From: Octopus sinensis
Lineage: Eukaryota
Reading direction: 5' to 3'
DNA: 64,000 bases
NCBI RefSeq assembly: GCF_006345805.1
Contig: NC_042999.1
Coordinates: 96,286,001 to 96,350,000 of the forward strand
Made by a program: the position numbers and the translations under genes. Each line of letters opens with the position of its first letter. Position 1 is the first letter of the stretch. The notes beneath the pieces are model-generated. The model had not been told where the DNA came from. It saw only the letters and a list, made by a program, of their open reading frames with translations, and ran no database searches. This document shows positions 28,602 through 41,277 of the stretch, piece after piece.

Positions 28602-29445
28602 GTGACCATTATCATTCTTCATTTTTATATAATTTCATCTTATATTCATTCGTTTTATGTTTTTTGTACGTACTGTGGTGTCGTGTCTGTCCTTGTTGTG
28701 TCCCTCTCTGTGTTTGGGGCCTTGTGCCTAATAAAGAAATTGAAAATGATGGGACAAGTATTTACTTTGAAGTTCAGATAATGAGAAAATTGTCAGCATT
28801 ACCAAATTGAGAGTTCTTGTCTTTTTTTTTTTTTTTTGCTCAAGAGCGAAAGCCCTTTTGGTGCCCCCTCTATTATTAAAAGTATGGTAGACAAGAGGAA
28901 ATTTGCACCTCTTCACACTGACAGCCAATAGCGACTGCTGTTCTTGCCCCCACCCTCTTACTACACCCCTGAATGTAGAGAATGAGAGAATTTAAGAGAA
29001 TGGAAGATCTTGAGGGAATAATTAGGCAGTGTTTCATGTGGGATCTGAGTGAAGTAAGTATGGAGGCTGTTACTTGAGAGGTGCACGGGCACACCGAATT
29101 CCTTGGAGAGAAGCAGAAAGAGAAAATAGAATGTCTGAAACTAAGTGTTTGTAAAAAGTTCATAAATAATCATCATAATTGAGTCAGATATCTTCACTTT
29201 CAATGTATTGAAGGATATTTGTTTTTGGTAGCAGTGCCATACTAGACTCATAAATTCATTCTTGAGTTTTGTATTGGAATCAATGTACAAACCGGCCACT
29301 GACAGCTATTTTGTAGAATTTTGTGGATATCACAAAAAAATCAAATGGGTAACAATTTCCTCGTTCAGTTGCAAACAAGACTGATTTTTGTTTCCACATC
29401 AGAAAGAAATACATATACTCATATATAAAAAGATACATGTATACA

Positions 29446-29476
<31 letters not shown>

Positions 29477-29925
29477 TAAGTTCTCTCCTGATTGAGAGAT
29501 TACTCCATGTTGATAGTTTTGGTGATCAAGAAGACCAAATCTTATGCAAAACAGGCAACAGTAAAGATGGCAAGGATGTACTGGCAGTGGGAATAATTGT
29601 TACATCTTGCATTCTTTACATTTCTCCTTTAACTTTTCTGTTTCTTTTGTCTTCAAAACGCCATTCTACTGGTGACATTTTAAGGGTCTTTAGTAGATTT
29701 TTGTAACGATGGAAAGGCTGTCGTTATGCTCTTTTTTCAGTGGTTAATCCATTGAAGAAGACTCGACAAAGAAATCTCTCTTTTCACGTTCTAACCACAC
29801 GTTCTCACCATCGTAGCACCTCTGTGCACTGAAGCTGCAATAAGTCAGGATCGATAAGTTGAGGGATGTGAAATCTCGTTATGTTAAATAGACTACTTTT
29901 AATATCTGGAGGATATTCAAAACGA

Positions 29926-30071
29926 CATTATTTACAATTGACGGATATTTGTCCTTATCTTGTTTGTTGTTAACACAACGTTTCGGGTGATATACCCTCC
30001 AGCCTTAATCAGATGTCTTCGGGAAATTTCAAACCTGGGTTCTCATTCCTAAGGTATTTTTCGATGCTGTT

Positions 30072-30135
<64 letters not shown>

Positions 30136-30269
30136 TCACTGCCTGGAATCGAACTCAGAATCTTGGAGTTAGTAGCCCGCGCTCTTAACCATTACGCCAA
30201 GCATATGGCGTAATGGTTAAGAGCGCGGGCTACTAACCCCAAGATTCCGAGTTCGATTCCAGGCAGTGA

Positions 30270-30311
<42 letters not shown>

Positions 30312-30511
30312 CAACAACAACAACAACAACATCGAAAAATACCTTAGGAATGAGAACCCAGGTTTGAAATTTCCCCAAGATACCTGATGAAGGCTGGAGG
30401 GTATATCACCAGAAACGTTGTGTTAACAAACAAGATGAGGACAAATATCCGTCAATTGTAAATAATGTAAATAATGTACATAATTCATCATCTCTTAAAT
30501 ATAGAACTGTA
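29926..30511. mobile_element. Palindromic (head-to-head) element: tRNA-like head + (AAT)n + PLE-type hammerhead tail, with 13-bp TSD
   Basis: Arms 29925-30199 and 30206-30468 are reverse complements around loop agcata. A box TGGCGTAATGG (30206), B box GAGTTCGATTCC (30249). Direct repeat ATATTCAAAACGA at 29913-29925 and 30512-30524. Confidence 0.88.
30380..30423 (+). ncRNA. Minimal type-I hammerhead-like motif in the right arm (mirror copy 29972-30016 on minus has a core mutation, CUGAUUA)
   Basis: AUAC-CUGAUGA-AGGCUG...CACCA-GAAAC-GUU-GUGU; stem I pairs; stem II is degenerate (the two copies point to a CAGCC ancestor). Confidence 0.55.
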
Positions 30512-30649
30512 ATATTCAAAACGATTTACAGAGAAGTAAAATAGAAGCGTATAGGTGAAAGGATGCAACTCTTTTCCATCCATTTATAATTGGAAACTAT
30601 TTAAAATGTTTGTTTTGGAGAAAGCGACAACCTAACAACATTCTGCAGT

Positions 30650-32330
30650 GCTTGAACTAATAAGATGAAGTGATTTTGAAGTGGTTTTCATGGTTATGTG
30701 GAGGTAGCTTAGACAGAGCCATGTAAATATTTTTCCTGTTATGGAGGGTACTGATAATCCAGGTTAATTCCAAGATCTTCGGGTTCTTTTCTTGAAAATG
30801 GTGATAATAACTACACCTTAAACTTGTTTTAGGACTCACAAGACTTTTCAGTCTTTGCATACTTTCAGGATCAATAAGAAGAGCTTGGTTTACAGAAGCA
30901 GGCCACTCTCCTGGCTTCAGTAATTCAAAAGAGAGGCTGTCTGAACTCGGTGATTTTCATGTTTTCATACTCTTCATGGCATTCTAAATTTCCGAAAAGT
31001 TGGTTGGACGTTCATCTACAATTGTACAGGATGATGCAGGATATTTCTCAAAAATTATTCCGTTGTTGTTGAACTCAGCAGCGAGGGAAAATGTTCCTTC
31101 CAGCATTCAAGGATATCTTGTAGCTCTGTCACATTGTTGTCTGCGGCTAAGAGGCTGTCCGTTGATATCCATATTAAACAAAGCACTTACTTTACTTTAG
31201 TAAAGAAGTTTAGGAAATTGCAAGCGTTTGCTTAATTTTGAACATCTGTTGCTTTGTGGATCAACCAGTCATTCTGCATTTGTTTGATCTTCGTTTGACT
31301 AATTTAAATCTTGATTTTTGCCCCCTGTTTGTGTGATGTCTGAGCCGCTTGCTTTTCAACGATTTATTTCCTGATTCCAACTTTGTTGTCATCAAACTAA
31401 CTGATCTCAGTTATGATGCCTTGTATTAATGACCATTCTTTACTCAGAAACCAATGGCAGTGCTGGGATTTAAGAAATGAGATCAAAGTGAATAGCTATT
31501 TGAAAGTTATTGCTGATGACAAAAAGCCTTAAAATATCGTATATTCTTTGAGATAATAAAGCCTACTGAGATGGTAATCCCTGTTTTTGTTTTCTTTGGG
31601 CCTGTCCTAAATGTGATTTTCTTGCTGTGATGACGAGGCAGAGATCTACCCAACAATCAACAGCACTGGGAGCTGTTCTGATAAAGACAATGCCTTTTTA
31701 GTTTGTCTTAGTGTCGGACGATGGTGTAGTCCAGAAGGTGCCAGTGTCTTGAAAGTGGATCAATCTATGTAGTCTTGAATCTGTTGGGGAGTTGGACCTG
31801 ATTATTGGTTAAATAGAGTGTTTCAAGCAGAGACCAAAGTTTACTGAAATTGCATTTCTCGATGCCTCTTTTACCAGTGTTAAGTCTCCGTAATGGTTTC
31901 TCCGTAATGTTTCTCCCTACTCCAAAGAGTAGAAGGTGTTCTCTTGTACTTTCAAAAATAGTGTTGTAGATATAAATAGATTCTTCATACATGCTTCATC
32001 ATCAAGACATTTAGCATAAGCTGAAATGAGCATGATAAATTTGTTTTGAGGTAATGATACACAAAAAGACATTAGTCGTTCGTTGACAGCAGTTTCAAAT
32101 AGTTCATGGTCTCGGAAGATCTTGACCTTAACTAAAAAATTAAATCCTTGGATTTACTAAACTCATTTCTAATTTCAAAAAAAGTTTAATCAGAACCTGT
32201 CGCTACAAGTTTGTTATTTTCTCTCCATAAGCGTTGTGTACCACACAGCGTTGCGATATTGAAAGAGTTCTTTCGAGACAAATGAGATACACTGCACTGG
32301 TCTTTCATTACTATTTAAATCAAGAAGTAT
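30650..32330 (-). mobile_element. Decayed RTE (BovB-like) LINE: AP endonuclease to start of RT
   Basis: Ordered motifs on minus: NERLMS, ISAYA, GKRGIEKCN, QLPNRFKTT, RHWHLLDY, ILECWKEHF, KSPSSDSLSFELLK, IITIFKK, SITGKIF; many stops and frameshifts. Confidence 0.85.
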
Positions 32331-32422
32331 CTTTTTACATTCCAAAGATCAGGTTGGTGAACCCAGATTCAGTTTTCATAGAATGTTGAGCCAAGGAAGG
32401 GTGACCCACTGGATGCAGCTGG

Positions 32423-32494
<72 letters not shown>

Positions 32495-33397
32495 TATATA
32501 TATGTATGTATGTATATATATATATATATGTGTGTGTGTGTGCGTGCGTGTGTGTGTGTGCGTGTGTGTGTGTGTGTATGTATGTATATATGTATGTAGT
32601 TACATGCAGTTAAATATATGTCCGGTCCATAAAGCGCTTAGTTTTACGGATGACTATATATATAAGTAAATGTACTGAGTTGTAACCATAAAATGTTCAT
32701 TTTCACATTCCTATCAAAACGGTGTATACTCCCAGTTCCTTTTATTGGAGAATCCATCTGAGAGTTCCAATATAATAGCAAACTACCCCACCATAAATTG
32801 TCTGCAATGGAAAATATCGATGACACATATCTACTAATGTAGTTGACTAGTTCCTCGAGATAGTGTGACGTGGTCTGATTATCTGTGTATATATACTAGT
32901 TTCTTACGCCGTCTGTGGTATGATTTGAAATTAGAATTATCTATTGCGAAGGTCGTGTCTAGAAAATAGCCGGTTACATGGTTAGTACTTACTTATATTA
33001 AGTTCCATTTCTTGAAATAATTTAGATTTTTCTGAAATCTATGCAACTTATGAACATTAAACTTTCCTGTATGTTCCCATGGAAATATTGAACAATTTGT
33101 CGCACTTTTCTTGACCTGTATTTCGTTATCACATTCATAAATACATCATTAATATCAGGGATTCTTCCAGCAGAATCTAGAGACGTCATTACTAAATAAA
33201 TAGACGTCTAGTATTTTTAAGTGCATGAATCAACAATTTTTCTCTTTATCTCGCGAAACCAAATTAGCACTTTCAAACTGTTATACCACAACCTTAAACA
33301 AGAAACTGTTTTACATCGAAAATAATTTTTTTTCTGATATTCTTTTACTAACTATACTTGCCCTACTCTGGCTTCATACATATCTATGCACGCACAA

Positions 33398-33492
<95 letters not shown>

Positions 33493-33645
33493 TATAATAA
33501 ACATATATATAAATTATAGAAAAACCACTATTATGAATTCAAACAATGATAGACATAAACCAAATCATAAACAAAAAAAATATTTTTAAAACATACAACT
33601 AGATCAAAAAAAGTACAAAAATGAATAATCAATATATAAGTAAAC

Positions 33646-33748
33646 AAATTACGTACGTTTCATGGCTATAATTAAATTCGAATTACAATTAAATTTAAAT
33701 TCAATCGAAAATCAATTCAATTTAAAATTATAGTCACTCTTCAGGTTA
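33646..33748 (-). ncRNA. Type-I hammerhead-like motif with long stem-II insert (left arm)
   Basis: CUGAAGA-GUGACUAUAAU...~65 nt...AUUAUAGCCAU-GAAAC-GUAC-GUA; core intact, stem I junction mismatched. Confidence 0.6.
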
Positions 33749-34744
33749 ATAATAATAACAATAATAGTTAAATAAATAAGCAAATAGAATTAAACAACAT
33801 TTATTAAAATAAAATAAGGATTTTTCTTATATATATATAATATAGATTTGTTATAAATGACAGTCTAGTTTATGGTTTGTGATAATGTTTTATATATTAG
33901 TCAATATGACTTTGTATTATATATTTCGAATTAGTTTTATTTTAGCTGTTTATTTCATTAATTAATATAATTTATTAATGAATATTAATTACATTATAGT
34001 TTTTAGATTAACTTAAGTATATTAAATTAGTGGTTATAAAATTGATACTGATTGAATTAGTACTGAGTTGATAGATCTAGATGTTGATTTGTTCGAATAA
34101 AGGTTGGGCTCCAGCGTAACCATATTTATATGCATGAAATAAATAAATATGTATAAGAATATTAGAGAATATACAGTAAATTGTAGTTATATAAATTAAT
34201 TTAACAGTATGGTAATTTGAGCATATTTATATTTTATCATAGTTGATTCTAAATTTTAGTTTTATAGTGAATGATATCCTACTGTTTAGTGATTTTATTC
34301 TCTCTTAGAGATTTTCTTCCCTTTTTCTGTTAAAGCTAAAATATATTTATAGTTTTCATTGATAAAATGTATATTTCATCTGTTTGTTCTATTTCTTTAA
34401 GCCACGTAATTCACGAGTTATTCATAAACGCTAAGTAATACGTTTTTCGTTTTGAAATTTTTTAGTTCATAATACACCTTTTGGAGAGATAAGTAAACAT
34501 TTTTATTTAAGAAATATTAATGTACTCTATATAAGTATTGATTGTTAAATATGAATTTCTAATCTTTTTTATTTGTTAATGATAATTTAGATAAGTACAT
34601 TTATTTAATTATTATTATTTTATAATTATTATATCTGAACGTAAATTGTAAAATTTTAGTTTGTCACTTTGTGATTTAGATTGTAAAAATGTTTTTGTTT
34701 AACTAAAAGTTCTTATATTTCTAGTACTATTATATTTAATAATT

Positions 34745-34762
34745 ATAACAATAATAATAATA

Positions 34763-34798
<36 letters not shown>

Positions 34799-34838
34799 GT
34801 GATAATAATAATAATAATAACAACAACAACAACAACAC

Positions 34839-34926
<88 letters not shown>

Positions 34927-34950
34927 TAATAATAATAATAATAATAATAA
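34745..34950. repeat. (AAT)n/(AAC)n microsatellite
   Basis: Directly visible. Confidence 0.97.
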
Positions 34951-35532
34951 TGATAAATATTTTATAAACGATAAGTTTTACGTTTTTACTTTGGAATTTT
35001 TCATTTCTTATTTTTTTATTTCATAAATATTTTCGAAATATATCTATAACATTTATCTAAATAATAATGGAGTAATTTATTTATTTTTTATATGTTTATT
35101 GATAGAAAAATATGGATTTTTAATTACTATATTTGTCGATTATAATTTAGATACGTATTTTTATATATTTATTATTTCATAATTATTATATATGAACTAA
35201 AATCTAAAAAATATTAAGAATGATTGTTTTGTAAAATAACTTGGTTATCAAATATTAGAGTATAGCTAGGTTAATGATATTCCATAGTTTATTAATGTTT
35301 TTTATTAAGCTCAATTATATCTTCACACATAAATACATTTTTCTATCTATTTACTCTATTTTTTACCTTAAATATTTAGCATAATAAATGTATTGTAGGC
35401 AACTGGTCCTAATGTTTTCAGTTTCAAATTTAGTTAATGGAGTTTCTTCTGTAAGAAAAATCATTATTTTATTTTAATAAATATTGTTTAATTCTATTTG
35501 CTTATTTATTTAACTATTATTGTTATTATTAA

Positions 35533-35636
35533 TAACCTGAAAGAGTAACTATAATTCTAAATTGAAGTGATTTTCGATTAAATCTAAACTTAATTGTAAT
35601 TCGAATTTAATTATAGCCATGAAACGTACGTAGTTT
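35533..35636 (+). ncRNA. Type-I hammerhead-like motif with long stem-II insert (right arm; extra A in core)
   Basis: AAC-CUGAAAGA-GUAACUAUAAU...AUUAUAGCCAU-GAAAC-GUAC-GUA-GUU; stem I pairs, core has a 1-nt insertion. Confidence 0.5.
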
Positions 35637-36336
35637 TTTTACTTATTATATATTGAGTATTCATTTTTGTACTTTTTGTGATCTAGTTATATGTTTTAAA
35701 AAATATATTTTATTTTCTATTTATGATTTGGTTTATGTTTATCATTGTTTGAATTGTATAATAGGGGTTTTTCACTAATTTATATATTATCTATTTATAT
35801 TGTGAAATTTGATTTAATACTAAATTGAATTTTTCCCTGTAAGTTTGGAGTTATGCTCCCTAATATTATATATATATATATATGTATGTATGTATATAGG
35901 TGTGTGTATGTGAGTGTATGTGAGTGTGCGTGTGTCTGTATGTAGTTGTGTGTGTATGCATGTGTGTGCGTGTATACGCATGTGTACATGTGTATGTACG
36001 TGTGTATGTATGTGTGCGTGTGAGAGACAGAGTGTGTGTGTGGGAGAGAGAGGGAGTGAGAAAGAGAGAGAGAGCGGCTGTGTCTTTTTCAGCTCCCGTC
36101 TTAGCATTTACTTCATCTTTCTACAAATACTTTTTTACGTCTCAAATGACCTCATTCTTTCCTACTTGCGTTACTTTCGAACAACTGAACTCTGTTATAT
36201 TTCCGAAAGGCTTTCCAATGTATATATATAAAAATACCTGTGTCGTTTATTATTTGTTTGTTTTCATTATCGCCCTTACTTTATTATTCTAAATATTTTC
36301 CCTTTGTCTTCATAACTCGTTCTTTTTGCTGTTTAG

Positions 36337-36388
36337 TCTACTGATACTGTTTATGTTTGTACTTACCTCATTCTGTTATTCGGCGGAG
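36337..36388 (+). CDS. Candidate exon encoding a signal-peptide-like stretch LLILFMFVLTSFCYSAE
   Basis: Long pyrimidine tract ...ttctttttgctgtttag|, donor GAG|gtaaag. A strong minus-strand donor (ATGAG|gtaagt at 36367) overlaps it, so the strand is ambiguous. Confidence 0.25.
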
Positions 36389-36632
36389 GTAAAGGACATG
36401 GACCGCACCCTTTTTCCGTTATTTTTTCTACTGAAACCCATCTTTTGGACTGCAGGGAATATATGTCGATATGTATTGATATATATAAATACGCATTTTA
36501 TGTTGAATTTATAACTGTATGAGTATGTTGGAAAAGTCGATGGCCTAATTTGAGTTTATATCTTAATTTATAACTTTTGAGTCGGGTTCGACCGAACACT
36601 TCTTAAGAAGTTCTATATATTTCGTAAGAAAG

Positions 36633-36684
<52 letters not shown>

Positions 36685-37543
36685 TAGGCGGGAAGAAACG
36701 CTGTAATGCTAAGCGCTTTATGGACATGAAACCCAGAGTTATCCCATAGACCGACCACATCTATCTTTATCTGTGTAACTTAGAGCGTGCTTCTTTTTCG
36801 GATTTATGATTTACTGACGATCCATCTCGCTCCCCGGGCAGAGTGTTTTACAAAGACCACGTAGTTTGTGTCAAACAGCTGTCCGACTGGCCGCATTTCT
36901 ATATATTCCCGGAAACCACATCAAACTCTAAGTGACAGGTTTGTGATAATTTTGCAGCTTTAATAAAAGCATATTACTCTGCCTTGGGTATGCGAAAGCA
37001 ATTTTTCCCACCTTGTTTTGCATTTATGCGCTCACTTGTGTATATGTACATACATACATGCATATATTCATACATGCATGCATACATACATACACACACA
37101 CACATACATACATACATTCACACACACACACACACCGGCTTAACAGCCATCACCGTTTGTTTTTACTGTCTTGTTCTCACTGTTCAGTTTTTGTTACCAC
37201 TTTCACCCTCCGCAAAAATCCCAAATTTTATTTCATTTGCTCAGGGGGAAGGACTTTTTTAACGAAGTCACGTATTGTCCTTACCTTCGAAACGCGTAGA
37301 AGATAAACCAGGGGACAACTGATGAAGGGAATGTTCTTTATGTTGCATGTCTCGTTTCTCTGTTTTTTATTTCGCTGTTCAAAAAAAGCTCGTTTTCAAT
37401 GTTTTTGTTTTTATGTTTTCGTTTCTCATTGTGCCGACGTATTTTTTATGTCCTGTACCCATATATGCATGTATATATACATATATATGTAAGTATGTAC
37501 ATATATGTATGTATATATGCATATATTTATTTATTTATTCATA

Positions 37544-37607
<64 letters not shown>

Positions 37608-37647
37608 AGATATATATATTATATATATATATATATATATTTATATA

Positions 37648-38078
37648 ATATTGTTATATTTCGGAATGGTCATATTGCCAGTTTAGCCAATAAAAACACA
37701 CGCACTATATATTTGGTGTTATTTTGCTTCAGTGATATTTATTTTTTACATTAATCTTAATCTTATTTCGGCCAAAGTTCTTTCGTCACACTCCTGTGAC
37801 CGCATCAGTGGTCCACACATTGTTTTATAAAACGAAGCTGTTGCGTTGTCACAGTTTTCTTTAGGCAACAAAATATAGTGTTCTTCAGCATCTTGCAAGC
37901 CTGGCTGTGGCTCACGTTAGTACGTTTAAATATTTGTTGTGCAAGATTTTTTATGGCTAAACTGGCAATATGATTTTTTATGGCTAAACTGGCAATATGA
38001 CCATTCCGAAATATAACAATATCTGTTTCAACACACGACTTCACATAAAAAATCTTGCACAACAAATATTTAAACGTA
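37648..38078. mobile_element. Interleaved inverted repeats (A-B-A'-B') around a hammerhead-like motif; probable PLE remnant
   Basis: A 37648-37696 vs A' 37973-38024 (with partial duplication); B 37921-37952 vs B' 38046-38078; third A' copy at 43441-43490. Confidence 0.7.
37770..37813 (-). ncRNA. Minimal hammerhead-like variant (GAAAG/CUU type)
   Basis: CCA-CUGAUGCG-GUCAC-AGGAGU-GUGAC-GAAAG-AA-CUU-UGG; stems I and II pair, core has A>C. Confidence 0.45.
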
Positions 38079-38242
38079 TATATATAATATATATATATAT
38101 ATATCTATATATATATATATATATATATATAAGAAATGAAAAGGCAAACTGTTTGGGGAAGACTTGACAAGGACATCTAATTAGCTATATAATAGTATAG
38201 TATAAAAAAAAGGTTTATATAGTCTCTAACAGCTTTTTGTAG

Positions 38243-38314
38243 AATATCCCGGCTACTGGAACATCGTGCCGAGTGAAGATTCTCATAGGCCGAGTTTACC
38301 GTCATTGGAGAGGG
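38243..38314 (+). CDS. Candidate 72-nt symmetric exon (NIPATGTSCRVKILIGRVYRHWRG or EYPGYWNIVPSEDSHRPSLPSLER)
   Basis: Acceptor ctaacagctttttgtag|, donor GGG|gtaggt; two frames open; not recognised. Confidence 0.22.
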
Positions 38315-38429
38315 GTAGGTTAAACATAAGTAAAAGTGGAAGAATACTTCTCATATTCCAGAGTCACCCTGACAAAACTCCTTCCGTCTTTTATACATAC
38401 ACACACCACACACACACACACACACGCAC

Positions 38430-38468
<39 letters not shown>

Positions 38469-39042
38469 AAGACAAATGTAAACCTCTACGAGTTTCATGC
38501 TCCGATAAAAACGGAATTGTGAGCCTGAAAGTTTGCAGGATATACAAGCCCATCCGACTAATGTATTATCGGCGTATGAAACAAATAGTGGCTCACATTT
38601 AAATCTTTTGTTTATCAAATGATATTCATCTCTCGTTGAATGGAATGCTTTTGTGTTGATCCTACCAATAACGGAATAGCACAGCCTTCAAGTCTATGTT
38701 TATTTAGACCAAAAGTTAACAGCTTATTCTGAGTTCCGGCCTAGGTTGGGATGTTCACGCTTGTTGAGTAGATTAAATTGTTTGTAGTTTATATAAGGAT
38801 GTGTTGACCTTGGCTAGGCGTATGTAGTCGCTGTTACATGTGTCGTTGAAAACTTATTTAAAGATGCGGTGACTAATGGAAGAGATGTGTTAGAGTGTGT
38901 GTAAGTATGAATGGGTTGGCACAATATTTAATCCTACTCATGTTTGCATGATCAATGGATTTATTTGAAATTATAAAACGAAAGTTAGATTACCGACGAT
39001 GAACTTCGTTATGGATTGAATGACAGAGTTTAATTGATATTG

Positions 39043-39079
<37 letters not shown>

Positions 39080-39091
39080 CAAATATATATA

Positions 39092-39144
<53 letters not shown>

Positions 39145-39158
39145 TATATATATATAGA

Positions 39159-39195
<37 letters not shown>

Positions 39196-39369
39196 GTATA
39201 TATATATATATATGCACCACATATAATTCATAAAATAAGAAGGAAAGCTATTAGTTGCCTGTGAATGCAGTTTTCACTTCACCACCTCACTGGTGTTCCT
39301 CCAACGTTAAGGCCGCTGAGTTAGGCTGATAAAGTCATGCATAAATTTCGTCAAACATATTGCTGTCAG

Positions 39370-39830
39370 AATTCAAAGAGCCAGAACATATACTGTAAAG
39401 TATTTTAATCCACCCACTAACAGTTCTGCCAATCCCACAACCATGTATTGAAGCTCTTTTATCGTCCTCGAAAGGATGACAGATAACACTAATGGTGGCA
39501 GAGCTTGAACTAAAAAAACACAAAATACATACATACATGCATACATACATACATTGATACATAGATACATACATACAAACACACACCGGCTTAACAACCC
39601 TCACCGTTTGTTTTTACTGCCTTGTTCTTACTGTTCTGTTTTTGTTACCACTTTCTACTTCCGCAAAAAATCACAAATTTTATTTAATTTGCATTTGGGG
39701 AAGGATTGTTTTACAAGCGCTGCGAAGTAGTCTTTCGAGCACTTTAACGACTTGACCAATTCGCCGCCTAAAACATCCGAATATAAATGCATTTTGACAT
39801 GTAGCTAGCTCGATAGGTGTGTGTATGTAT
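39370..39830 (-). mobile_element. Fragments of a second tRNA-derived SINE family (head ggcggcgaattggtcaag at ~39775; tail ttttatcgtcctcgaaaggatga)
   Basis: Shared segments with copies at 49230-49455, 52735-52910 and 55425-55582. Confidence 0.5.
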
Positions 39831-40706
39831 GCATGTATACACAAACACACACACACACAGATGGATAAACAGACAGACAAACAGATAGAATGATAGATAG
39901 ATAGATAACATTTGTTATTCTACACGGTAGGAATATTGAAATAAGTTTTTATTCTTAAATTTTAAAAACCGGTTTCAGATTTCTCTGATTTTCATAAGTT
40001 GAGATAGAAAAACGAGGCGCTATGCTGCAACTGTTTTGCAGCATATAGTTATGTATATGTACACACACACACACACACACACACGCACATATATATATAT
40101 ATATATAACTATATAAGACGTTGACTCAGCTCCCTGCAACAGAAAGTTCCGCAGGCTCATAGAACAAAACCAGCTCGTCGGGCATCTGGAAATCAAGCGA
40201 CAGAATATACGACGAATTCAAGATGGTTTCTAAATGTTAGGTCCTTATTTGTCAACACAGATCACATAATCTTATTGGTCTGGAAGTGACATTAATTCTT
40301 TTCTTTGTTCTTAGGTTCACGTGGTCGGATAGGATGTTGCTAGGTACATGTCGCTGTTATATTTGGTTTATTTAGCGACATCAGTTCGGTACTTCCGTGC
40401 GAATAATCAGATTTGGTGGCGCTGGATTAAAATTTGGTGGTTCTAGGGTGAATTTTCAGCATGGATGAGGCTATAGTTTACCCGGGCGACAAGGGTTTAA
40501 GTACCGTGTTCTTGAGCCAGGAGCAGGCAAGCCTAATGTGATATATCTGCATTGTAGGTTGCTAGTGGATGAAGTTCATTCTTCTTTTTTAAATATATAT
40601 AATGCATAAACAGAGCCTGATAGATTGCTTAGAGATACATGGAGTATTTTATAAATATGCCTAGTATCATAAAAACACGAAACTAAGAGTAGCTCTTTCG
40701 GCTGTG

Positions 40707-40753
<47 letters not shown>

Positions 40754-40900
40754 TCATAAATAAGGGCAAGCGAAAAAATTTCTAATGGCAAATATGCCGA
40801 AAAATTGGACATATTGTCCATTAACCATATAATTTTTTCACAATATGCACGCTACTCGAAGAAAGGTCGACAGAAATTTCTAAAAAATTCCATTATTACC

Positions 40901-40955
40901 ATATCGGACCGATTTCAGGGTTAGCCTATAACAGCCCTCCCTTCGTCAGTGATAC
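40901..40955 (-). ncRNA. Minimal type-I hammerhead-like motif
   Basis: GUAUCA-CUGACGA-AGGG...CCCU-GAAAU-CG-GUC-CGAUAU; two transitions separate it from a canonical fold. Confidence 0.6.
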
Positions 40956-41184
40956 ATGTGGCAAAAGAAATAAATGAGATACTTACTTATACCCATGAAA
41001 GAAGCAAACACTAAGTCATGAGCACAATTAAGTACCCCAAATACATCCAAAATAGAAATACTCCAGCCCATGAATTGTTTATGAATTTAACCTTTAAAGG
41101 TATTTTTTAATATGCTGGCCATTGATAAAATTTTTTGGGGAAAAGAATTTTTTCGAAAAAATTTTTATCCTACATTATCTATAT

Positions 41185-41277
<93 letters not shown>

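Larger units (their letters stand above)
33495..35800. mobile_element. 2.3-kb element bounded by ~340-bp inverted arms, each carrying an outward-facing hammerhead-like motif (probable inverted PLE pLTRs)
   Basis: 33495-33830 is the reverse complement of 35452-35800 (high identity by eye); extremely AT-rich interior with (AAT)n; left flank is (TA)n, so no TSD is readable. Confidence 0.85.

Noticed and set aside
33495-35800. Mitochondrial control-region insertion (NUMT)
   Set aside because: No tRNA, rRNA or mitochondrial protein motif was found, and the inverted arms contain hammerhead motifs shared with 42.1 kb. A BLAST against the mitogenome would close the question.
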